From: an uncultured Gammaproteobacteria bacterium
GTDB lineage: Bacteria > Patescibacteriota > Microgenomatia > UBA12405
DNA: 46,246 nt
Direction: 5' to 3'
Assembly: GCA_964609295.1 (NCBI GenBank)
Contig: CAZSQT010000014.1
Coordinates: forward strand, 1 to 46,246
In this document: positions 1 through 8,386 of the stretch, piece after piece
Layout of the letters: each line of letters opens with the position of its first letter
Position numbering within the stretch: the stretch's first letter is position 1
The notes under the pieces: model-generated
The model's database searches: none
What the model was told of the DNA's origin: nothing
The model's input: only the letters and a program-made list of their open reading frames with translations
Made by a program: the position numbers and the translations under genes

Positions 1-399
1 GGCAAAAGAGAGGTTCAAAAGGGTGATTTATTGGGTATGATGGGCAATACTGGTTACTCTTTTGGTGACCATCTTCATTTTGGTTTATACGATCTAAAAG
101 AATCCGAAATTGCTTCTTGGACTTATGTCAATGATATAGACCCTCTTCCTTATATGAATCAGCATATTTGGCCAATGACTAATTATCGAGTCACCCAGTA
201 CCGAGGACACACTCCCTATGCTTATCTTTATAGCGATAGATTTCATCATGGTATTGATATGGTTTCTTCAAATGGTCAAATTATGGCCATTAATGATGGT
301 ATTGCTTACTTTTACAGAAACCCCAGTTCTAGTTTAGGTAATCACGTTAAGTTATTTCACCCAGACGGTAAAATGACTCTTTACTTGCATATGAAATAA
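1..399 (+). CDS. Peptidase M23 (LytM-type metalloendopeptidase), 3' part only; the gene starts upstream of the window
   Basis: Frame 1 is open from nt 1 (GKREVQKGDLLGMMGNTGYSFGDHLHFGLYD). This carries the G-x-TG-x-S-x-G-x-HLHF (HxH) signature of M23 peptidases. A second partial domain follows: HHGIDM (HxxxD) ... FHPDG ... YLHMK, then TAA at 397-399. The track start at 31 is a TTG inside the longer open frame. Confidence 0.8.
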   Translation, partial: GKREVQKGDLLGMMGNTGYSFGDHLHFGLYDLKESEIASWTYVNDIDPLPYMNQHIWPMTNYRVTQYRGHTPYAYLYSDRFHHGIDMVSSNGQIMAINDGIAYFYRNPSSSLGNHVKLFHPDGKMTLYLHMK

Positions 400-403
400 T
401 TAC

Positions 404-1018
404 TTAAGCAAAATAGCCTCTAATCAATTTTCGAGAAAATAAGGATATAGATATCAACAAGACACTAATCAATGTTCCCAAAAATAGGGGATTAGCTCCA
501 GTAACTGGCACATAAGTTCCAGCAATATAATAAGAAGAAGTATCATTGTCACCAGCATCATCACCACTAGCTTCTACTCGATTAACTTTTAAGCCAGCAT
601 TGTCCAAAGCATTTATTCTAGCCTTGACAATCAATGTTTTTATTTCACTAGGATTAATTTCATCAAGAGTCCAATTCAAAGTATTACCACCCTTATCAAA
701 ATTTCCAGAAGTAAAATCAATTTCTAAACCTTCCGGTAAAAAATCAACTACTTCTATACCATTTAAAGTTTCAGTTCCGTTATTTTCAATATTAATTTGA
801 AAATGGATTTCGTCATTATGATAAAAAACAGCATTGTTCTTATCAATATTATCCAAAAAATCAGTTTTACCAACCAATCTTACTTTTTTATCTACAGTCA
901 AAGATTTAAAATTATTACCTTGACTATAGTACTGAGCTTCAGCCAATTTAGGAGAAGTCAAAACTCCTGCCAAAAGAACCAAACCAACTAAAATAGTTTT
1001 TATGTTTTTGTGTTCCAC
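404..1018 (-). CDS. Secreted cell-surface protein with a DUF11-like repeat domain and a C-terminal sortase-type sorting signal
   Basis: Signal peptide MEHKNIKTILVGLVLLAGVLTSPKLAEA. The central segment FQINIENNGTETLNGIEVVDFLPEGLEIDF...LNWTL resembles DUF11/conserved-repeat surface domains. The C-terminus has VPVTG (nt 497-511), about 20 hydrophobic residues and the basic tail SRKLIRGYFA, an LPXTG-like signal. GTG start at 1016-1018. Confidence 0.65.
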   Translation of the reverse strand: MEHKNIKTILVGLVLLAGVLTSPKLAEAQYYSQGNNFKSLTVDKKVRLVGKTDFLDNIDKNNAVFYHNDEIHFQINIENNGTETLNGIEVVDFLPEGLEIDFTSGNFDKGGNTLNWTLDEINPSEIKTLIVKARINALDNAGLKVNRVEASGDDAGDNDTSSYYIAGTYVPVTGANPLFLGTLISVLLISISLFSRKLIRGYFA

Positions 1019-1097
1019 CTGCTTTTTATAATAAAAATTTAATAATTTATGATTACAGGATATATTTTATCTTAAAATTATAAAAAGTCAAGTAATT

Positions 1098-1106
1098 TGC
1101 TATACT
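1098..1106 (+). promoter_or_regulatory. Extended -10 element TGCTATACT, 6 nt upstream of ATG 1113 (leaderless-type promoter candidate)
   Basis: Read directly: tgc tatact tattac ATG. The spacing puts the expected transcription start at or next to the A of the start codon. No SD is present. Confidence 0.4.
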
Positions 1107-1112
1107 TATTAC

Positions 1113-1841
1113 ATGAAGTCAAACAAAAAATATTTAATCTCCGAATTATCATTATTTTTTCCCTGTTATAACGAAGAAAAAAATTTAAGTAATACTATCA
1201 ATAAGGCAATTCCTATTCTAGACGAAACTGCTCAAAGATGGGAAATAATAATTATTAATGATGGCTCAAAAGACAAGACAGAGCAAATTGCCCACAAGAT
1301 CAAGCAACAATACAAAGACAAAGATATCCGTATTATCACCCATAATCCCAATCGTGGTTATGGCGCTGCTCTAAAAAGTGGTCTTTATAATTCCAAATAT
1401 GATTGGATAACTTTTACTGATTCTGATGGACAATTTGATTTTTCTGATATTAAAACCTTAATCAATACTCAAAAAACAAGTAAAGCAGATTTAGTTATAG
1501 GCTTTTATCTTGGCAGAAAAGTTCCTTTTTATCGTATTTGGGGTTCTAAATTATGGCAATTAGCTGTTTTTGTTTTGTTTGGCCTTAAGGTCAAGGATAT
1601 TGATTGTGGCTTTAAATTAATCAACAAAAAAGTAGTCGATACTATTCCTAAGCTCGAAGCTGAAAGAGGCCCATTTATTTCTTCCGAATTTTTGATCAAA
1701 GCCAAAAGAGCCAAATTCAAAATAGTTGAAGTTGGTGTTCACCATTTTAGTCGACAAGAAGGGGAGGCCACAGGGGCTAATCTAGATGTTATCTTAGCCG
1801 GATTAAAAGATCTTATTAGACTTAGATTTAAAATAAAATGA
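1113..1841 (+). CDS. GT2 glycosyltransferase, DPM1/GtrB/ArnC-like polyprenyl-phosphate sugar synthase
   Basis: 242 aa. Motifs: FFPCYNEEKNL, IIINDGSKDKT, GYGAALKSG, FTDSDGQFD (DxD), DIDCGFKL. The stop overlaps the next ATG (ATGA at 1838-1841). Confidence 0.8.
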   Translation: MKSNKKYLISELSLFFPCYNEEKNLSNTINKAIPILDETAQRWEIIIINDGSKDKTEQIAHKIKQQYKDKDIRIITHNPNRGYGAALKSGLYNSKYDWITFTDSDGQFDFSDIKTLINTQKTSKADLVIGFYLGRKVPFYRIWGSKLWQLAVFVLFGLKVKDIDCGFKLINKKVVDTIPKLEAERGPFISSEFLIKAKRAKFKIVEVGVHHFSRQEGEATGANLDVILAGLKDLIRLRFKIK

Positions 1842-3310
1842 TAAAAAGAATTTTTCAAAAACACTGGCCTCTTATCATTATTCTCCTGATTGCTTCCTTT
1901 CTCCGTCTTTATCGCATCTATGATTATGCTGAATTTTTGGGTGATCAGGGCCGAGATATTATCATCGTCAGAGATTTGTTAAAAAATGGTAATTTCTTTT
2001 TTATTGGCCCTGGTACTAGTATTGGCAATATGTATCTCGGCCCATTTTACTATTACCTGATAGCCCCAGCTCTTTTCTTTTCTGGTTTTAATCCAATTGG
2101 CCCTCCTATTTTTATTGCCTTACTTGGTATTGTTACTGTTTATTGTCTTTATTTCATCACTCGTAAATGGTTTGGTCAAAATGTTGCCTTAATTGCCTCT
2201 TTTCTTTATGCTATTTCACCCATCGTTATCAAATATTCTAATTTTTCTTGGAACCCCAATATTATGCCACTTTGTGCTCTCCTTTTTATTTATTTTGTCT
2301 CCGAATCAAAATGGCTATTGGCCTCACTTGCTTTTATTATGGCTCTTAACTCTCACTATTTAGCTTTAGTTTTACTCCCAATCGGTGGTATTTTTTGGCT
2401 ACTTGAATTCATCAAGCATAAACAAAATAAACAAAAAACCACTCTTTTGATCAAAAGCACTCTTTTGGCTGTTTTGGTTTTTGTCATTTCCCTGCTCCCT
2501 CAAATCCTTTTTGATATCAAGCACGAAGGTCAAAATGCTCAAGCCATGACTGAATTTTTTACCAAAAGAGAAACGACTGTCAATATCAAATTTTATAAAT
2601 CTTTTTCAAAATTTCCCATACTTTTTAACCAAATCAATACTGACCTTTTGTTTGGTAAAAATCAAGAAATCGCCCCTTATTTTTCAGCTTTATTTGCCCT
2701 ACTTATCATTTACTTATTTTATTTTTATCTCAAACACAAAAACGACAAAAGTTCAAAATATTTTTATTTGATTTTAGCTTGGTATGGCCTTGGTATCCTT
2801 GGCCTTGGTCTCTACAAACAACACATTTATAGCCATTATTTCGGTTATATTTTTCCTGTTGTTTTTATTTTGGCTGCTCTTTGTATCCAAAAAACCAAAA
2901 TAATAGGATTTGCCTTTATGCTCGCTTTGATAATCTTATCTATATTGGGTAACGACTTTTGGCATGCACCACCTTCTCAAATTAGAAAAACCGAAAAAAT
3001 TGTTGACCAAATAATTGATAAAGCTAACAACGATGATTTTAATTTAGCTCTAATTGCCAAACAAAATTATGACACTCCTTATCGCTATTTTATGTTAGAA
3101 AAAGAAGCTAAAATAGTTGATGCCAATCAAAAAATTGCTTCTCAACTTTTTGTTATTTGTGAACCTCACCCCGACATTGATTGCAATCCTATCAATCATC
3201 CTGAATGGGGAATAGCTTCCTTTGGCTGGGCTAAGATTGATCAACAATGGGAAGTAGAAGGTGTTAAACTATTCAAGCTAGTTCACAACTTACTCAGTAT
3301 ACCCCAATAA
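1838..3310 (+). CDS. Polytopic GT-C-type membrane glycosyltransferase, family C (GP..GPxYYY / FEIKH signature)
   Basis: 490 aa with many hydrophobic segments. Motifs: GDQGRDIIIVRDLL..FFFIGPGTSIGNMYLGPFYYYLIAP, SWNPN, FDIKH. It has a soluble C-terminal part. Paralogs are at 3290-4759(-), 6977-8386 and 8386-9576. Confidence 0.65.
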   Translation: MIKRIFQKHWPLIIILLIASFLRLYRIYDYAEFLGDQGRDIIIVRDLLKNGNFFFIGPGTSIGNMYLGPFYYYLIAPALFFSGFNPIGPPIFIALLGIVTVYCLYFITRKWFGQNVALIASFLYAISPIVIKYSNFSWNPNIMPLCALLFIYFVSESKWLLASLAFIMALNSHYLALVLLPIGGIFWLLEFIKHKQNKQKTTLLIKSTLLAVLVFVISLLPQILFDIKHEGQNAQAMTEFFTKRETTVNIKFYKSFSKFPILFNQINTDLLFGKNQEIAPYFSALFALLIIYLFYFYLKHKNDKSSKYFYLILAWYGLGILGLGLYKQHIYSHYFGYIFPVVFILAALCIQKTKIIGFAFMLALIILSILGNDFWHAPPSQIRKTEKIVDQIIDKANNDDFNLALIAKQNYDTPYRYFMLEKEAKIVDANQKIASQLFVICEPHPDIDCNPINHPEWGIASFGWAKIDQQWEVEGVKLFKLVHNLLSIPQ

Positions 3311-4759
3311 AGGGTCTAGCTCTAAGTCGGGATTTTCACACAAAGACGGATTAATATTTTTAATTTCTTTAGGCTTAATCACCCCAATTCCAGAAAATCT
3401 TTTGTCTAAACTGTCAACACTTATATCAAAAGGAGCCACAATATCATATTGTGGAATACTGGGATTAGTTTTCACCACTTTCATTCCCTTATACCAAAAC
3501 AAATATCTAAATCCAACACCATTTCCTGGGGAAGCAATATAATTTATAGAAATACAAGGATAATTATTTTCTCTAGCATCATTGACAATATAATTAGTTA
3601 CCTTATCTTTAATATCGTAACTTTCACTATTAGTATAGTTAAAATTATTTATTAAAACCAAAAAATTTAAACCACAATAAATTATTGCCAAAAAAGTTAG
3701 CATAGACTTATTTTTAATTATTTCAATAAAAAATAAAGAAGTAATTAAAAATACAATTGGAATAAGGTTAGTAAAATAATATTCTGAAACAACTTTTTTA
3801 GAAGTAAACTGAGCCAGCATAATCATAAATACCCAAACAAACATATAGGTAAGTTGTTTTTTATCTAAAATTTTCTTTTTTAATAAATAAAAAGCCATTA
3901 AAACTACTGTCGGCCAAATTATTATAATTGGAAAAGAATCCCAGCCATGTAATAAGCGAAATTGAATTTCTTTAGAACTTGCATCTATTACTTTATTAAA
4001 TTTTTGCCATCCTGTTGGTCCTATATATTCAGATTGCATTGTACTTATTATACTTGTGACTTGGGACCAATTATGCTTAATTTCGAACAACCAAAAAGGA
4101 CTACTAGTTACCAAAAAGATTAAGAAAAAAATAATATATTCTTTTAATTTTATTTTTTTAAAATTTTTTATTATATTACCTTTTCCTGACAATAAATAAG
4201 CCACAATTGGTAGGGGCAAAATAGGTAATAAGGCAATATGAATATGATAAGTTAGTCCTATCAATAAGCCATAAAGATAAAGAATTCTTTTATCTCCCTT
4301 AATTGATTTTAAAATTACATATAAAAATAAAATTGACCACAAAATCGTTGGTTGAGTCGGAACTGACCATCTTTGAAAAAGAGCTATTCCTGTACTACTT
4401 GCTACTAAAAAAGCAATTATTAAGGCCTTTTTTTCTCCCCAAAATTCTTTAACAAAAAAATAAATTGCTCCAATAGAAACAAGACCAATAATCGTTGTTA
4501 CCAAGATAGAGCTTAAGGGGTTCATTCCAAAAATCCAATAAGCAAAAGCGATCATGTAATAATAAAGAGGACCAATAAAAACACCATCAACACTAGTAAT
4601 TTGCCCCACCAATCTCCAATGTCCATTTAAAACAATATCTTTAGCTATCCAAGAATAAAGATCATGATCATGAGCCCAAGAAAAGCTATATCTATAACCA
4701 AAAATCAAAAAAAATAAACCTAATACTAGAATTAAGTATAATTTTATCTTATTATTCAT
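3290..4759 (-). CDS. Polytopic GT-C-type membrane glycosyltransferase, family C
   Basis: 489 aa. Motifs: SWAHDHDLYSWIAKDIV..WRLVGQITSVDGVFIGPLYYYMIAFA and WLFEIKHNW. It has a C-terminal soluble domain. The 3' end overlaps the convergent gene 1838-3310 by 21 nt. Confidence 0.65.
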   Translation of the reverse strand: MNNKIKLYLILVLGLFFLIFGYRYSFSWAHDHDLYSWIAKDIVLNGHWRLVGQITSVDGVFIGPLYYYMIAFAYWIFGMNPLSSILVTTIIGLVSIGAIYFFVKEFWGEKKALIIAFLVASSTGIALFQRWSVPTQPTILWSILFLYVILKSIKGDKRILYLYGLLIGLTYHIHIALLPILPLPIVAYLLSGKGNIIKNFKKIKLKEYIIFFLIFLVTSSPFWLFEIKHNWSQVTSIISTMQSEYIGPTGWQKFNKVIDASSKEIQFRLLHGWDSFPIIIIWPTVVLMAFYLLKKKILDKKQLTYMFVWVFMIMLAQFTSKKVVSEYYFTNLIPIVFLITSLFFIEIIKNKSMLTFLAIIYCGLNFLVLINNFNYTNSESYDIKDKVTNYIVNDARENNYPCISINYIASPGNGVGFRYLFWYKGMKVVKTNPSIPQYDIVAPFDISVDSLDKRFSGIGVIKPKEIKNINPSLCENPDLELDPLLGYTE

Positions 4760-4766
4760 ATATAGA

Positions 4767-4772
4767 ATTATA
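4767..4772 (-). promoter_or_regulatory. Consensus -10 hexamer TATAAT (minus strand), 7 nt upstream of ATG 4759
   Basis: The reverse complement of attata at 4767-4772 is TATAAT. It lies in the 30-bp divergent intergenic region 4760-4789. The plus-strand candidates TATAAC (4769-4774) and TAAGTT (4776-4781) would serve gene 4790. Confidence 0.4.
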
Positions 4773-4789
4773 ACCTAAGTTTAATCAAC

Positions 4790-5557
4790 ATGAGTAATAA
4801 TAAACAAATCTCCATCATTATCCCTTGCTACAATGAAGAGAAAAATTTAAACAATGGCGTGCTGGATGATGTTTATGATTTTTTATCTCAACAAAAATAT
4901 GATTGGGAAGTTTTGATTTGCAATGATGCTTCTACTGACAATAGTCTGCAAATCGCTCAACAATATGCCCAAAAATATAAAAATTTTCGAGTTTTAGATT
5001 TACCCCATGGCGGTAAACCTGGTGCTGTTTGGGGTGGTATTAAAGAAGCTAAATATAACCTTGTTTTGTTTACTGATATGGATCAATCAACTCCTATAAT
5101 CGAATTAAACAAACTACTTCCTTATTTTGACCAAGGTTTTGATGTTGTTATTGGCTCCAGAGGGTCTCTTCGTGAAGGAAATAGTATGATTAGAAAAATT
5201 ATGGCTTCTGCATTTCTTACCTTTAGAAGGTTATTGCTTTTACCCAATATTATTGACACTCAATGCGGTTTCAAAGCTATGCGTACTGAATTAGCCAAAA
5301 AAATATTTCCCCAATTAGCCTATTTTAAGGAAAAAAATCAATCAGGTTGGCGTGTATCCGCCTTTGATGTTGAACTGTTATTTATGGCCAAAACTTGGGG
5401 TAATACAATTAAGGAAGTACCAGTAAAATGGCAAGATGAAGATTTGTCAGATACTAAAGGCAACAAATTTGATAGATTCAAAAAAGAATCGATTACTATG
5501 GCCAAAGAAATATTAAGAATAAAAATTAATCAAATTAAAGGTGTCTACAAAAAATAA
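4790..5557 (+). CDS. GT2 glycosyltransferase, ALG5/DPM1/GtrB-like polyprenyl-phosphate sugar synthase
   Basis: 255 aa. Motifs: ISIIIPCYNEEKNL, ICNDASTDNS, FTDMDQSTP (DxD), VIGSR, IIDTQCGFKA. Confidence 0.8.
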   Translation: MSNNKQISIIIPCYNEEKNLNNGVLDDVYDFLSQQKYDWEVLICNDASTDNSLQIAQQYAQKYKNFRVLDLPHGGKPGAVWGGIKEAKYNLVLFTDMDQSTPIIELNKLLPYFDQGFDVVIGSRGSLREGNSMIRKIMASAFLTFRRLLLLPNIIDTQCGFKAMRTELAKKIFPQLAYFKEKNQSGWRVSAFDVELLFMAKTWGNTIKEVPVKWQDEDLSDTKGNKFDRFKKESITMAKEILRIKINQIKGVYKK

Positions 5558-6980
5558 TTCGCTTAACTATTTTCACTTATTTTGTCTAACCATTGCCTAT
5601 TTTTTTAGTCGCTTATTTGCCTTAACCAAAATTCCTGTTTTTGCCGATGAAGCTATTTATATTCGCTGGTCACAAATTATTCGTTCTGTTGAAACCTTAA
5701 GATTTGTCCCTCTAACCGATGGTAAACAACCACTTTATATGTGGCTTCTTTCTGTAATAATTGAAAAAATAAATGATCCCTTATTTGCTGGTCGACTGAT
5801 TTCTGTTATTGCAGGATTTGGCTCACTAGTAGGTCTTTTTTTAATTGCCAAATATATCGCCAATTATAAAACCGCTCTGATTGTTTCTTTTCTTTATATT
5901 ATTTTACCCTTCACTTTTTTCTTTGACAGGATGGCTCTGGCAGATAATTTGTTAAGTATGTTTGGTATCTGGTCTTTGTATTTGAGTCTAGTTGTTGCCA
6001 AAACCAAAAGATTAGATTTTAGCCTTATTTTGGGAATGATTTTAGGTCTAGCTTGGTTGACCAAATCTCCTGCCATTTATTTTATTGTTTTATTTTTGAT
6101 TACTTATATCTTAATAAATTTCAAAAAGATAAAACTCTACGATATTTACCTTATTACTATTCCTCTTATAATTTCTTTTATTATTTACAATATTTTACGA
6201 CTTGGACCACAATTTCACATGATAGCCCTTAGAAACAAAGATTATGTTCACCCCTTAAGTGAAATCTTAAAACACCCCCTAGATCCACTCAAGCCCCATC
6301 TCATTGATTATTTTAATTTAATATTTTTTTACATTTCTCTCCCTGTATTTTTTGCTTTTTTTGCCAAGAATAAATATCTACTAATTCTTTGTTGTTGGGC
6401 ATTTCTTCCTGTAATTTCCAATTCGGCTATGGCCAAAGTTTTTACTGCTCGTTATATTTTATACACCATTCCTTCTTTGATAATAATTATTTCACTTGGT
6501 TTTGAAGCTTTAATTAAAAAATTTAAGTATCCATTAATCCTTTTTCTTTTATTTATTCCAAACATTATTTTAATTTCCAATTTATATTTTCGCCCAAAGC
6601 AAGTTAAATTACCCTCAATCGATATGGGACATTTAATTGGCTGGACTTCAGGCTGGGGAATTAAAGAAAGTTCTCTTTATCTTAAAGAGCGCAGTAAAGA
6701 GGTCAATGTTATCGTTGGCACCGAAGGCTATTTTGGTACTTTACCCGACGGACTCCAAATTTATACCCAAAATACAAATCAATTAACTGTTTTTGGAGTT
6801 GGTATTGATATTAAAGAAATCCCAGAAAAATTAATCGATGCCAAAAATCATGGCGACGAAGTCTATATGTTGTTCAACCAATCTCGCCTAGATATTCCCC
6901 AAACCGAGTTAGACAAATTAACCTTAGTGTCTCAATACCCCAAACCAGACGGTGATAAACTAGTTTTATATAAACTATGA
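5541..6980 (+). CDS. Polytopic GT-C membrane glycosyltransferase, ArnT/PMT_2-like (family D)
   Basis: 479 aa. First external loop FADEAIYIRWSQ...LTDGKQPLYMWLL, then AGRLISVIAG, FFFDRMALADNLL and LAWLTKSPAIYF. The paralog is 27126-28694. GTG start overlaps the upstream gene by 17 nt. Confidence 0.75.
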   Translation: MSTKNNSLNYFHLFCLTIAYFFSRLFALTKIPVFADEAIYIRWSQIIRSVETLRFVPLTDGKQPLYMWLLSVIIEKINDPLFAGRLISVIAGFGSLVGLFLIAKYIANYKTALIVSFLYIILPFTFFFDRMALADNLLSMFGIWSLYLSLVVAKTKRLDFSLILGMILGLAWLTKSPAIYFIVLFLITYILINFKKIKLYDIYLITIPLIISFIIYNILRLGPQFHMIALRNKDYVHPLSEILKHPLDPLKPHLIDYFNLIFFYISLPVFFAFFAKNKYLLILCCWAFLPVISNSAMAKVFTARYILYTIPSLIIIISLGFEALIKKFKYPLILFLLFIPNIILISNLYFRPKQVKLPSIDMGHLIGWTSGWGIKESSLYLKERSKEVNVIVGTEGYFGTLPDGLQIYTQNTNQLTVFGVGIDIKEIPEKLIDAKNHGDEVYMLFNQSRLDIPQTELDKLTLVSQYPKPDGDKLVLYKL

Positions 6981-8386
6981 TTAAAAAACTATTTTTAGGT
7001 ATTCTAATTAGTCTTGCCTTAATATCATCTTTAATAGGGCCTTTAAAAGGTGATATATTTTTTCACACTGATATTGCCAGGGATTTTTTATTAATTCAAG
7101 ATATTGTCATAAATAAAAATTTAACCTTAATTGGACCTAGGGCTGGTGGTATTCCTGGTGTGTTTCATGGGCCATTCTGGCTATACCTTAATGCTATTCC
7201 TTTTTATTTAGCTAATGGTAATCCTCTTTTTATTTCTTGGTTTTGGTATATTTTAATGATATTTGGTCTTTTTATCTCTTTTAGCATTTCAAAAAAAATA
7301 TTTAATTTAAATATTGCCTTAATTAGCACTGCTTTTTTATCTATTTTTTATATTAGACAAGTTAATAATTTTTTTAATCCCTACGGTGCTTTATTAATAT
7401 CACCACTCTTTTTCTATTTTATTTATCAAAAAAAATATATTTTTGCCTTTCTTGTTTTAGGTATTATTTTCCAATTTCAAATGGCTTTTGCTGTCCCTCT
7501 TTTATTATTAAGCATTCCTCTTGTTTATAAAAAACTTTATTCGTTAATAGGATTATTACCTGGCTTATCCACTTTTATTTTTTTTGAAATAAGACATCAA
7601 TTTATTCAAAGTAAAGCCCTTCTTAGTTTTATTGAAAAAGGACTTGGAGATAATTCTAATTTATATTACAATAGAATTAATTCTTTTTTAAATTCTAGTA
7701 ATGTTTTTATTTCGTCCGATATTTATTTTAAAATATTTTCTTTAATTTTATTTATTTTCTCTCTCTGTATTTTATATAAGAAAAAACCATATTTTACTAA
7801 AATATTTATTTATTATTATTTTGGTTATTGGTTAATAACTTTTGTTTTTGGTGGAAACATACAATCTTATTATTATATACAATTTATTCCAATTATCTTT
7901 TATATTTTTTCTCATCTTCCTTCTTTTATTATTATCCCAATTTTAATTTTTAATTTATATTCCTCACATCTTCAAAATTTAAATTATAAAGAAAATATTA
8001 TTGGTAAAAATATTTTATCTTGGCAGTTTTATAAAAATACAATTTCAGAAGTTTTAAAGAAAGAAAAAAACACTTTTTCTTATTTTGTTTATTCTCAAGA
8101 TCAGTATGGCTATGCTACCAAATATACTCTCAGTTACTTATCTAACAAAAATATTATTCCATATCAAAAATCAAAAATTACTTATTTATTTAAAGAACCA
8201 GATATAGGAGAAAATCCATATACATCCTATCAAGATTGGAAATTAAATAAAGTCAAAATTAATAAAAAACCTGTTGAAGTATTAGAATTTAAAAATGGCT
8301 ATCGTATTGAAAAATATATTTTAGATGAAACCGAAATCTCTCTTAAATCAGATGATAATTTAATTAAAGATTTAATTTTTAGATAG
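6977..8386 (+). CDS. Polytopic GT-C-type membrane glycosyltransferase, family C
   Basis: 469 aa. Motifs: FFHTDIARDFLLIQDIV..LTLIGPRAGGIPGVFHGPFWLYLNAIP and FFEIRHQF. ATGA overlap with the upstream stop. Confidence 0.6.
   Translation: MIKKLFLGILISLALISSLIGPLKGDIFFHTDIARDFLLIQDIVINKNLTLIGPRAGGIPGVFHGPFWLYLNAIPFYLANGNPLFISWFWYILMIFGLFISFSISKKIFNLNIALISTAFLSIFYIRQVNNFFNPYGALLISPLFFYFIYQKKYIFAFLVLGIIFQFQMAFAVPLLLLSIPLVYKKLYSLIGLLPGLSTFIFFEIRHQFIQSKALLSFIEKGLGDNSNLYYNRINSFLNSSNVFISSDIYFKIFSLILFIFSLCILYKKKPYFTKIFIYYYFGYWLITFVFGGNIQSYYYIQFIPIIFYIFSHLPSFIIIPILIFNLYSSHLQNLNYKENIIGKNILSWQFYKNTISEVLKKEKNTFSYFVYSQDQYGYATKYTLSYLSNKNIIPYQKSKITYLFKEPDIGENPYTSYQDWKLNKVKINKKPVEVLEFKNGYRIEKYILDETEISLKSDDNLIKDLIFR

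Noticed and set aside
546-991. Track ORFs 546-800 (+) and 797-991 (+), antisense to the surface-protein gene
   Set aside because: They lie wholly inside the 404-1018 CDS, which has a signal peptide, a domain and a sorting signal. Their translations are low-complexity with no motifs. This is typical of spurious antisense ORFs in AT-rich DNA.
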